A stretch of 64,000 nucleotides of DNA from a bacterium (GCA_963676395.1 OY781066.1:2208001-2272000), one strand, 5' to 3'. Shown: positions 37,778-47,141, numbered from the stretch's first letter. A program made the numbers and translations. The notes: generated by a model not told the origin, from the sequence alone.

Positions 37778-38800
37778 ATGTTTATTAAAATTAATAATTG
37801 TGAATTGCCTATAATTGAGAGTTTTATTGCTGATAATTCCAATAATATTTATTGTCATAATGTTTCAAGTGATGTTAGGCAAAGTAAATATTTTGATTTT
37901 ATGTGTTTTTATCTGTTTTTTATAGAATATGAGAAGAACAATATTGAAAGATATAAGGCAATACTGAAATTACTTGATACTTGCACTATTGGAAAATTTA
38001 TAGCGGGATTTCTTCAGAACATTCCAAACAATAAATTAAAAAACTATTTATCAGTTTGGCCCCAGACCAATATAGCCATTGCAGAATCTCAATTGATTAA
38101 AAATGTTTTCAAAGGAATTTTAGATGAATTTGGGAATGTCAGATATAGTCTGACAGATATTGGTACAGGAGATGGAGTGCTTTTAAAGGAAATTATTGAT
38201 ATGTTTTATGAAAAAGGCTATCCATATCTTAAAGTTACCGCAATAGATCAAAATAAAGATTTATTATCTCTTGCTATGAATGAAATCCTTAATTATAAGT
38301 CTAGTTTAAATGATTTGAATATAGTGCATGGAAACATGTTTGAAATAAAGTACGAAAAATATTTTAATAATGATGATATTAAAATAATCAATGCTTCATC
38401 GGTTCTCCATGAATTACCGAGAAGGGATAAGATTACTATGCTCGAAAAACTTAAAAAATATTCTGATATTATTGTTATATGTGAGCTTGAAAGTAATCAT
38501 GATATTGAATGTGTTGCTTGTATTCCTTTATTGTTGTCAACATATAATTTTTATAGTGCTTTAATTCATGATACTTTGGAATCTGACATAGATAGAGGTA
38601 TGTCAAAAAATTATATACTAAATTATCTCATTAAAGAACTTTTCGATATAAATACTAAGCCTTATCAAGATAGAGTTAACTATCATATGACAAAAAATCA
38701 ATGGTTAGATATATTTAGAATATGTGAATTTGATGTTAAAATACATGAAAAATCAATTTCGAATGATAAACCAAAAATTAATGTTTTCGTACTGAGGTGA
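37778..38800 (+). CDS. Class I SAM-dependent methyltransferase, GRAS-domain-like
   Basis: DIGTGDG, LKVTAID, INASSVLHEL, ICELESNHD, FYSALIHDTL, DRVNYH...QW...F in GRAS order. ATG 37778 lies 4 bp after the ATPase stop. Confidence 0.72.
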   Translation: MFIKINNCELPIIESFIADNSNNIYCHNVSSDVRQSKYFDFMCFYLFFIEYEKNNIERYKAILKLLDTCTIGKFIAGFLQNIPNNKLKNYLSVWPQTNIAIAESQLIKNVFKGILDEFGNVRYSLTDIGTGDGVLLKEIIDMFYEKGYPYLKVTAIDQNKDLLSLAMNEILNYKSSLNDLNIVHGNMFEIKYEKYFNNDDIKIINASSVLHELPRRDKITMLEKLKKYSDIIVICELESNHDIECVACIPLLLSTYNFYSALIHDTLESDIDRGMSKNYILNYLIKELFDINTKPYQDRVNYHMTKNQWLDIFRICEFDVKIHEKSISNDKPKINVFVLR

Positions 38801-38802
38801 AA

Positions 38803-39555
38803 ATGGTAAGAAAGATTATTTGTTTAATTATTATGCAAATATTCGTTATAAATATTTTGTTTGCTCAAGTTAATGAGTCTTCTACAGAAATAAGTAATAA
38901 TAGCTTTCAATTTGGTGTTTCAAATTATACGGTTTCAAAATATATTCCACGATCTGGCACTCAAGTCGGGCTTGGATCGGCAAATCAAACTTTAGGTTAT
39001 TTATCATATAAAAACCTAACCATATATTTTTGGATGAATTATGGATTCCCGGATGAAACGATAACTGAATTTGATTATGGAATTGAGTACAAACATAATC
39101 TTTATTCAGATACTCATTTAGGTGAAATCAGTATAGTGGGTGGTGCACACAAGTATATTTTTCCTGTAGCCCAATTGAACAACTTTATATTAGAAGGAAA
39201 AATACTTTATAATGGTATTTTAAAAACAGATATTCTCTATACGCATTGTTTTAGAAGTAATAACGTTGATTCAGGAAGTAGAATTTATATTGAATTGCGA
39301 AAACCAGTAATATTATTTGATAAATCATTTCAAATTCAATTAATTCCATTAATGTCAAGTGCATATCATTGGGGTTTTTATGGTTGGGAAAAGTGGGGGC
39401 AATTAACTGCTGGAATCAAGTCAAAGTTTGTTTTCGATAATATCTCTATAATTGCATACGCAAATTATCAATATAGTTCAGATGATATTAGTATAGGGCA
39501 TGTAACTGAAAAGTTATTCCCATATTTTGGAATTGGAATAGAATATAATAAATAA
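38803..39555 (+). CDS. Outer-membrane beta-barrel, TorF/Gcw_chp-like putative porin
   Basis: Signal peptide; SKYIPRSG and TEFDYGIEY patterns; C-terminal YFGIGIEY beta-signal-like strand. Confidence 0.6.
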   Translation: MVRKIICLIIMQIFVINILFAQVNESSTEISNNSFQFGVSNYTVSKYIPRSGTQVGLGSANQTLGYLSYKNLTIYFWMNYGFPDETITEFDYGIEYKHNLYSDTHLGEISIVGGAHKYIFPVAQLNNFILEGKILYNGILKTDILYTHCFRSNNVDSGSRIYIELRKPVILFDKSFQIQLIPLMSSAYHWGFYGWEKWGQLTAGIKSKFVFDNISIIAYANYQYSSDDISIGHVTEKLFPYFGIGIEYNK

Positions 39556-39583
39556 CTTGGGAACAAAACGATAAGGATAAAAA

Positions 39584-40363
39584 ATGGAAACAAAATATAA
39601 AATACATATTGGATATATATTTGCTATTCTCTTAGCAGTAATAGTTTATTTATCTGTTAAAGATTTTTCAAGTAATCCTGAATTAGTTGATTATATTTCA
39701 TTTGCGTCAACTGTCGCATCTTTAATTCTTGCTCTATTAGCAATTATTTATTCTTTTGTTTCGAATAATGCACTTTCGAAAAATATCGGAATTATTAATG
39801 AAGCAACAACAAATTTAAAAGAGAATTCTGATAGTCTAGATAGAGTATCAAAAGTTATTATTCATGAAATTCCTAATGCGATAAAAGAAATGGATCAAAA
39901 ACTAGATAGTACGCAAAACCTTGTCAATAATTTAGGATTAAATGATGAAAATGATAAGATTTCTCCCCATAAAAATTCAACATCAAAACTTACTATGGTG
40001 CAAAAGTTTATAGATGTGTCATCATTAACAGGATTATTTTTGATTTATGCGGTGTTTTTAGCGAATTATAAAAGTTTACCATTAAATATTGAAGAAATAG
40101 CTGTTGAGATTGGTCAGAGTAACGACGAATATGTATGGGGGTATTTTGTTGCATCTTCTTCCGCGGGGTTATTTGATTTTAATGCTAAGGATAAAGTATG
40201 TAACATTAAAACTATCCATTCTGAAATTAAAAAAGATGACCTAATTGAAAAAATTTCACTTAGAGGAAAAGAAATAGAAAGAAAAATTAAAGCGGATAAT
40301 CCCGATTCATCATATAGTTGGAAAAATAAATTTGAAGCAATTGAAAAGTATTTTGAAGATTGA
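39584..40363 (+). CDS. Membrane protein: 2 N-terminal TM helices, coiled coil, C-terminal domain
   Basis: Hydropathy pattern by eye; AAGGA RBS. Confidence 0.7.
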   Translation: METKYKIHIGYIFAILLAVIVYLSVKDFSSNPELVDYISFASTVASLILALLAIIYSFVSNNALSKNIGIINEATTNLKENSDSLDRVSKVIIHEIPNAIKEMDQKLDSTQNLVNNLGLNDENDKISPHKNSTSKLTMVQKFIDVSSLTGLFLIYAVFLANYKSLPLNIEEIAVEIGQSNDEYVWGYFVASSSAGLFDFNAKDKVCNIKTIHSEIKKDDLIEKISLRGKEIERKIKADNPDSSYSWKNKFEAIEKYFED

Positions 40364-40388
40364 TCTTAATTTCTTTGCTGATTAAATT

Positions 40389-40420
40389 AAAAAGGCTCCA
40401 AACTCTGGAGCCTCTTCGTT
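40389..40420. terminator. Rho-independent terminator between convergent genes
   Basis: aaaa-aggctcca-aactc-tggagcct-cttc. Confidence 0.7.
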
Positions 40421-40500
40421 TTAAATATGATTTTTTATTTTACTTCATTCTGTAAGCATTATCCTCTACTTCACTCCTTCGGAGCTTCGAAGTGCAAGCC

Positions 40501-43056
40501 CTATCTTCTATAGTTATTATTAAGCAGCTCGTCAATTTTTACAAACTGATAATTTTTATCTGTCAGCTCAACCACCAATTCATCCAACTCATCATAAAAA
40601 TTCTCCGTCCTTTTTGGATCAGCACCAATATGCATGAGTAATATAAAGCCATTTAATCCATTGTTTTCTTCGTAGATCTTAATCGATTGGTAGATCTCGT
40701 CGTTGGCGTGGTAGCGTTTTCCTTGGTCGGGAGTGGTATAGTCGGTGTGGGAAAGGGTGCCGGGCGTATAGTTGATAAGGGTAAGTTCTTCCTGATAGGT
40801 CCAGAGGGCGATATCCTGGTTATACCATTCGTAGGGTGGTAAAAAGTAGTGGGCATCTTGCTTGTTGATGCCAAACTTTGCCATTTCGGCGTAGTTGGCG
40901 GCAAGGTCGCTTTTGATTTTTTTTTCACTTACATTCAGGGTGCGGGCATTGTCCCATTTGTTGTAAAGCAAATGTTTGTTGCTGTGGGCGCCCATGTAAT
41001 GGCCATCGGCAACAAGTTGTTCGATCACATCCTTGAATTCCGGATTGCGGTAAAAATCGCCGGTAAAGAAGAAAGAAGCCTTGACATTATGGGCTTTGAG
41101 GGTGTCGGCAATGATCTTGCCGCCGTCGGCAAATTCGTGACCTGTAAACACGAGCGCGATCTTCTTTTCGTCGGTGGCGCCTCGGACGATCGCTCCGTGG
41201 GCATCGGTTTTGTTTTTACTGATCTTTGATCCATTATCCAATGAAGATAGGTAGTAGATCAAACAAGCGGTTCCATCCATGGTGGGTTCGTTAGTACTGT
41301 AGTCACCGGCATCATCGTGATACACGGCCACATCGCTTTGGAATTCGGCATATTCGTCTTCATCGAAGAGTTTAAGCCATTTGAGATTATTGTAAATGCT
41401 ACCATAAACCGGACCGTCAATGAGTCCGCCCGGAATGGTCATGTCGTATAAATGTGTTAACGACGAGTGTGGATCAACCGGTGTATCGGCGTTTACAGGC
41501 AAGCCGACGATCATACTCGTTCCCCAAATATTGCATCCAAAAAGCCAATCACGCAGCGCCGCTTCCATTTCATCGTATTTATGATCGTTCGATAATTTTT
41601 TATAAAGATCGATCTGGGATAGCGTTGCGGTAACAAAGTTATTCGAACACCAAACAAAGGGGATACCGATCAAGAATGGATTGTCTTTACCACGTTCATA
41701 AATGTTGTTCAATCCGAAATCGTAATAATATTCCAGCTTTTCTTTTTCATGAAAACCCGGAGCTGAGGCGGCAGTATAGTGCCCCGCATTAAAGAAAGGA
41801 TACCATTGATAATGACGAGCCGTATCGGCACCCATCCAGGGTGTAACCGGTTCCAGGTCGGCATATTTAACCACTTCATTCTTGAAATATTTACGACCGG
41901 TCATGCGGTAAATTTCCGCAGCGGCCAGTTCCATATCATCTACCCAGTTGTCTTCTTCATAAAAATAGGGTGCGGTGCACGGAGCGGTCTGACAGGCACC
42001 GGGATACTGCTTACCAAAGGCATAGGCCAGTTGTGCGCGGAGTTTTAAGCTTTCGGCATAGCGGGGATAGAATGCTTTTAAAACGCCTGAGCCGGCGGCA
42101 AAAGCAGAGGAGAATTTACCTGCCGTACTGGCTGTTCCTGTGGTACGATTCTTGTTTTCGAATAGTCCTTGTACCTCGCCGGAGCAGAAATAAACAGGAC
42201 GACCTTCATATTCATCGGAATATTTGGTGGTATCTTCGGTGGGAAGCCTGAAACCCGCATGATCACGATCATCGGCGATCTGATTGAAAAAACGATCGGG
42301 AGCAGGATTCATGCGGCAGAGCCAATCCATGCCCCATTTGGCTTCGTCGATCACATCCGGAATACCGTTGGCACCGGGCAAGCCTTTTGCATTGTAGGCA
42401 TCACCAAAAGCGTCAGGGTGTTCACGGTAGGCAAGTAGCATTTGATAGACCGCATTGGCGGATGTTGCCGTATATTGCAGGTAATCGGAGGCATCGTGCC
42501 AACCGCCATGTACATTGATATATTCGCCTTCGTGACCTTTTTCGTAGACGATAAAACCATCGTTGGTGTGGCAACTGTCATTTAAATAAGGATTAAAACC
42601 ACAACGTTGCTGACGCATGTATCTAAGCAAGAAATCAGCCGTGCCGTCGTAAACATTCTCGGCAATACGAAAGGTGGGGGATTCTACGCCGCCGGCACGA
42701 ATAAAATAGTCGCCTTCACCGGTGAAATTCGTCAATTTAAAGCGCAGAGTATTCTTGAAAGGGCCGTATTCACCTACGGAATCAATGTCAGAACTCTCTA
42801 GAACGATTTCCTGAGTTTTGGCATTGATAAGCTGGAAACTTTTAGGGGAATTAACGCTATCTTTTGAACAATAAACCGGTACTTTGATATCATTGGGACG
42901 GTAACCGAGTTGGTTTACACGGATCCATGCGTTGACCGCTTGGGGAACTGTTTCGCTTTTTTTAAAGAGATTGCAGGAGCTGAGGACTAAGATTAAGATT
43001 AAGCCCAGTGCCAAGTAATAAGCTGCTTGCAAATTTCGAGAATGTTTTGTCTTCAT
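40501..43056 (-). CDS. GH9 glycoside hydrolase (N-terminal Ig-like) fused to a CE4/NodB polysaccharide deacetylase; lipoprotein
   Basis: LSSC lipobox, RVNQLGY, GGWHDASDY, DYSTNEPT; C-terminal GAHSNKH, FLPPYE, LLMH. Confidence 0.88.
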   Translation of the reverse strand: MKTKHSRNLQAAYYLALGLILILVLSSCNLFKKSETVPQAVNAWIRVNQLGYRPNDIKVPVYCSKDSVNSPKSFQLINAKTQEIVLESSDIDSVGEYGPFKNTLRFKLTNFTGEGDYFIRAGGVESPTFRIAENVYDGTADFLLRYMRQQRCGFNPYLNDSCHTNDGFIVYEKGHEGEYINVHGGWHDASDYLQYTATSANAVYQMLLAYREHPDAFGDAYNAKGLPGANGIPDVIDEAKWGMDWLCRMNPAPDRFFNQIADDRDHAGFRLPTEDTTKYSDEYEGRPVYFCSGEVQGLFENKNRTTGTASTAGKFSSAFAAGSGVLKAFYPRYAESLKLRAQLAYAFGKQYPGACQTAPCTAPYFYEEDNWVDDMELAAAEIYRMTGRKYFKNEVVKYADLEPVTPWMGADTARHYQWYPFFNAGHYTAASAPGFHEKEKLEYYYDFGLNNIYERGKDNPFLIGIPFVWCSNNFVTATLSQIDLYKKLSNDHKYDEMEAALRDWLFGCNIWGTSMIVGLPVNADTPVDPHSSLTHLYDMTIPGGLIDGPVYGSIYNNLKWLKLFDEDEYAEFQSDVAVYHDDAGDYSTNEPTMDGTACLIYYLSSLDNGSKISKNKTDAHGAIVRGATDEKKIALVFTGHEFADGGKIIADTLKAHNVKASFFFTGDFYRNPEFKDVIEQLVADGHYMGAHSNKHLLYNKWDNARTLNVSEKKIKSDLAANYAEMAKFGINKQDAHYFLPPYEWYNQDIALWTYQEELTLINYTPGTLSHTDYTTPDQGKRYHANDEIYQSIKIYEENNGLNGFILLMHIGADPKRTENFYDELDELVVELTDKNYQFVKIDELLNNNYRR

Positions 43057-43217
43057 TATTATCCTTATGCCTTCGTTCTATATAATTTAAATATCCAACA
43101 AGGAACATCGATATGTCATTTGTGAAGTCTTCGAATATCAAAGATGGATGTTTCTTGTTCGTATGTCATTTTTCGCATTTTTCAATTATCTCTGTCGAGA
43201 ATTAAGTTTAATTAACC

Positions 43218-43706
43218 TTAATCCTTAAGCTGCTTCTCAAGATCAAGTAATACGCGTTTAATATCCAATCCCCCCGCAAAACCTGTTAATTTACCATTCT
43301 TGCCGATAACACGATGACAAGGAATGATAATGGGAATAGGGTTTTGACCAAGCGCTAAGCCGACGGCACGCACTGCGTTTGGGTTTCCGATAGCTTTGGC
43401 CACTTCACTATAACTTCGTGTTTCACCATAGGGTATGTTAGCACATTCTTGCCACACGGCTTTTTGAAAATCACTGCCGTGAAGTTCCATTTGCACTGAG
43501 AATTTAACATTCTTGCCGGAAAAATATTGATCTAGCTGATCTTCGAGCGCTTTAGCATTCTTGCCGGAAATAGATAGGGAAGGTTTTTGAACAAGCTTAC
43601 TTAAATAATTTTTTTGAAAAGGGGAAAATGAAATGGCAAGAATCGAATTATTTTGTCTTGCGATTGAAAGTTTAATGCCCTGTTTTTCGTAGCTTGTTAC
43701 TTGCAT
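43218..43706 (-). CDS. ogt: Methylated-DNA--protein-cysteine methyltransferase
   Basis: IPYGETRSY, RAVG, IPCHRV. Confidence 0.95.
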   Translation of the reverse strand: MQVTSYEKQGIKLSIARQNNSILAISFSPFQKNYLSKLVQKPSLSISGKNAKALEDQLDQYFSGKNVKFSVQMELHGSDFQKAVWQECANIPYGETRSYSEVAKAIGNPNAVRAVGLALGQNPIPIIIPCHRVIGKNGKLTGFAGGLDIKRVLLDLEKQLKD

Positions 43707-44607
43707 GCATGTCTCGATGTTTATATTCCGTAATGAAAATACCCGTGAAGATCAAGAGCATGCCAATATAATGATTAAGGCTTAAAAGTTCACCATAAAA
43801 AATGTATCCCAGAAAGACGGCTACAAGGGGCGTGAGATAGGCTGAAAGTGCCAATTTGACCACCGAAATATGCTGTAATAGCCAAAAGTACAAGAAAAAA
43901 GCCATGGCGGAGCAGATGATACCAAGATATAACTCAGAAAAAATTAATTTTGGCGTTAACGTAATGCTTGGAATTCCTTCAAGCACAAAGCTTGAAGCAA
44001 GAAGCAAGATAGCTGCGAGTCCCATACCAAAGGTATTTAAGATGAGTGGATCCAGATCCTTTCCATCACGCTTGATAAGCACATTGGGCAGGGAGTTGAC
44101 CAGCACGGAACCGAGAATAAAGACAATGCCAATCATTTGAGTGCTTTCGTTATCAAGCATACCTTGTGAGTAGAAAAGAAGGATGATACCTACTAGTCCG
44201 ATAAGCAATCCCAATAGCTTTTTAAGCGTAAAGGGTTCTTTTTTAGGCATAAGTATGGATGAAAAAAGCGCTACCGCAAGCGGGAAGAACGAAAAAATAA
44301 TGCTGGCCAAGCCCGCATTGATATGCTGCTGACCCAGAAGTGAAAAAATATGTCCTAACCCCATCATAAATACAGCATACATAACAATAAGGTAAATATG
44401 TCGTTTTTCGAGCTTGAATTTGGGTCTGCGGATGAGCATCACGATCACAAACACCAGCGCCCCGATGCTTTGCCTGATCGCACCTATCCACAGCGGAGCT
44501 AAGCCTTCCTGCAGGGCCATTTTGTTGAATATCCAGGATGAGCCAAACATAAAAACGTTTGCGAAAAAGGCCAGATATAATATGATGCGAGCAGGCTTAG
44601 TGGGCAT
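43672..44607 (-). CDS. EamA/DMT family transporter
   Basis: About 10 TM helices in two EamA halves. Start 44607 overlaps the upstream stop. Confidence 0.85.
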   Translation of the reverse strand: MPTKPARIILYLAFFANVFMFGSSWIFNKMALQEGLAPLWIGAIRQSIGALVFVIVMLIRRPKFKLEKRHIYLIVMYAVFMMGLGHIFSLLGQQHINAGLASIIFSFFPLAVALFSSILMPKKEPFTLKKLLGLLIGLVGIILLFYSQGMLDNESTQMIGIVFILGSVLVNSLPNVLIKRDGKDLDPLILNTFGMGLAAILLLASSFVLEGIPSITLTPKLIFSELYLGIICSAMAFFLYFWLLQHISVVKLALSAYLTPLVAVFLGYIFYGELLSLNHYIGMLLIFTGIFITEYKHRDMHASNKLRKTGH

Positions 44608-45445
44608 GCAGAGCTTTCTTGAGGGCTTTGCCGGTATTGCGCATATTTTCCAACCAATTTTCATTCAAGGGATCAAGAGCAATCACATGGGCATCGATCT
44701 CCTTGGCGATCACATCAAGCTGTTCGGAGGAAAATTCCTTTTGTACAAAGATTACATGAATATCGTGTTCTTTTGCATGCTCGATAAGATGTGCAAGCTG
44801 CTGAGTGGATGGACCTTTATGCTCGTGACGGATAGAGGCTTGCTTAACACCGTAATCACGACAAAAATAACCCCAGGATGGGTGGAGTGTCATAAATTCA
44901 CCACCTTGCACCTCTTTTAGATCATTTTTTAATTCTTCATCCAGTTTGGTGATATCCTTCAATAAAGCTTGAAGATTTGTTTCGAATTCATCTTTACGTT
45001 CAGGCCAGATAGCTGACAATTGCTCACTGATCCTTATGGCAGCAACTTTCATATAGCGCGGTGAAAGCCAGAGATGCGCATCTCCCGGGATAATATCCAT
45101 GTTTTCAGCCATGGAAACCGTTAGAACTTCGGGATGTTCTTTGAGGTAGGCGTTAATATGCTTCAGCTCAAAATGGAAATTGGGGTGACCGTTTTTTACA
45201 TAAAGTTTACACTCATGCAATGATCTCACTTGAGCCGCTGTTGGCGCATAGGTGGGAGGAGCAGAGCCGGGGGGGATCATGATGGTCACCGGTGTTGCTT
45301 CACCGGCAATGCGTTTTACCAAGTAAGCCTGCGGAGGGATACTTACGCAGATATCGGTTGTGGGGGCCGTTTCGCAAGAAACGGTAATAAGGCTCATCAT
45401 TATAATGAGCGCAAGAATGATGATTTTGTATGTGTTGTTTTTCAT
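44597..45445 (-). CDS. Zn/Mn ABC substrate-binding lipoprotein (ZnuA-like)
   Basis: VSC lipobox, SIPPQ, DAHLWLSP, HPSWGYF, LDPL. Confidence 0.88.
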   Translation of the reverse strand: MKNNTYKIIILALIIMMSLITVSCETAPTTDICVSIPPQAYLVKRIAGEATPVTIMIPPGSAPPTYAPTAAQVRSLHECKLYVKNGHPNFHFELKHINAYLKEHPEVLTVSMAENMDIIPGDAHLWLSPRYMKVAAIRISEQLSAIWPERKDEFETNLQALLKDITKLDEELKNDLKEVQGGEFMTLHPSWGYFCRDYGVKQASIRHEHKGPSTQQLAHLIEHAKEHDIHVIFVQKEFSSEQLDVIAKEIDAHVIALDPLNENWLENMRNTGKALKKALHAH

Positions 45446-45673
45446 GATGTATTATATGAAAAAAATACAAATTGGAGAAGAAAAATTCTTTAACGGAATC
45501 AAGACGCAGCGTTGCTATATCTCGGACAATAAATCGATTTTTACATTTGTTCTATATAATGCGTGACAACCAAATGAGTCGCAACCCTGCTACAACTTAA
45601 TATTATGTTGTTTCAATTACATTGTAATGATAAAAGCATATCATTTTTCAATTTTCCATTATAAATTATTCGC

Positions 45674-46933
45674 ATGAAATTACGATATAAATTAATCATC
45701 ATATTTTCTTTATTCATTGCCACTCTCAATGCCGGTATTCTTATCCCCATGGATAAAAATCAAAGCAATCATCTTAAAGCTTACGGAATTGCTTTTTATG
45801 CTTTGCAACAGGGAATTGATGTAGAATGGCTTTTAAATTATCAGGGCGGATCCTTCTATTTGGATTATCGGCAAGCCATTGAAAAAGAATGTCTGTTACG
45901 CGGTGTTTCTTTCAAGAAAATCTCATCGAGCGATTATTCGGCCATCAGTGCGGAGATAGAGGTCAATAATATGAGTGTGGTACTTCTTGAAAAAGCACCC
46001 GAGATCGCCGTTTATACGCCGCCAAATAAGCTTCCTTGGGATGATGCCGTGACGATGGCACTGACCTATGCCGAGATCCCTTATGAAAAGATCTACGACA
46101 GAGAAATATTAAAAGGTGATCTAAGTAAGTACGATTGGTTACACTTGCACCATGAGGATTTTACGGGACAATACGGAAAATTTTACGGTAATTATCGTAA
46201 TGCCGCATGGTACATTCAGGAGCAGCAAACTCAGGAAGCCCTTGCGGCAGAATTGGGGTTTGCCAAGGTTTCTAAATTAAAACTGGCGGTAGCAAAGAAG
46301 ATCGACGCCTATGTAAAGGGCGGTGGGTTTTTATTTGCCATGTGTGCGGCGACGGATTCCTATGAAATCGCTTTAGCGGCCGAAAACACCGATATCTGCC
46401 ATCCTGTTTTTGATCATGATCCCATTGATCCTGATTATGCCTCACATATGGATTTTACATCCGATTATGCTTTTAAAGATTATAAATTAAAGACCGATCC
46501 GAATATCTATGAATATTCCGATATCGATATTCCTCCTTCATATCAAGGACTGAGTCTGGATCCCTCGCGGGATTATTTTTCGCTTTTTGAATTTTCTGCA
46601 AAATTCGATCCCGTACCGACCATGCTGACCCAAAATCACGAATCCCTGATCAAAGGTTTTATGGGACAAACGACTTCTTTTAACCGTAAACGGCTTAAAA
46701 AACATGTCCTGATCATGGGAGAAAGCAAAAATACAGATCGCGTGAAATATATTCATGGAAATGCAGGTAAGGGTACCTGGACTTATTATGGTGGGCATGA
46801 TCCGGAAGACTATCGACACTATGTCGGAGATCCGCCAACCAATTTAGACCTCCATAAGAATAGTCCCGGCTATCGCTTGATATTGAATAATGTGCTTTTC
46901 CCGGCAGCTAAGAAACAGGAAAGAAAAACGTAG
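45674..46933 (+). CDS. Conserved FCB-group protein with class I glutamine amidotransferase-like fold (often labelled asparagine synthetase B)
   Basis: ILIPMD..Q.NHLKAYG, PWDDAVT, LHLHHEDFTGQYGKF, FAMC, GHDPED, LFPAA. Confidence 0.7.
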   Translation: MKLRYKLIIIFSLFIATLNAGILIPMDKNQSNHLKAYGIAFYALQQGIDVEWLLNYQGGSFYLDYRQAIEKECLLRGVSFKKISSSDYSAISAEIEVNNMSVVLLEKAPEIAVYTPPNKLPWDDAVTMALTYAEIPYEKIYDREILKGDLSKYDWLHLHHEDFTGQYGKFYGNYRNAAWYIQEQQTQEALAAELGFAKVSKLKLAVAKKIDAYVKGGGFLFAMCAATDSYEIALAAENTDICHPVFDHDPIDPDYASHMDFTSDYAFKDYKLKTDPNIYEYSDIDIPPSYQGLSLDPSRDYFSLFEFSAKFDPVPTMLTQNHESLIKGFMGQTTSFNRKRLKKHVLIMGESKNTDRVKYIHGNAGKGTWTYYGGHDPEDYRHYVGDPPTNLDLHKNSPGYRLILNNVLFPAAKKQERKT

Positions 46934-47141
46934 TAATTGAGAATTTAATTATTAGATGTGTTATTGATCATGCATATTTATTTTATAAACCTCAATAAAT
47001 TTGCTTCATTTTAGCTTTCACGGAGGGGGAACTCACGACAAATCGAATGTATTTTGGTAATATAGAAATGAAAAATATTGTGTCTTTACAGGAACATTAA
47101 AACACATAAAAGCTAAATACTACAGCAAAGGATATTTTGAA

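Noticed and set aside
45560..45600. Zur box upstream of the ZnuA-like gene
   Set aside because: gtcgcaaccctgctacaac is only weakly palindromic and cannot be supported without a lineage-specific motif.
45674..46933. True asparagine synthetase AsnB
   Set aside because: No N-terminal Cys Ntn domain or SGGLDS motif, and it has a signal-peptide-like start.
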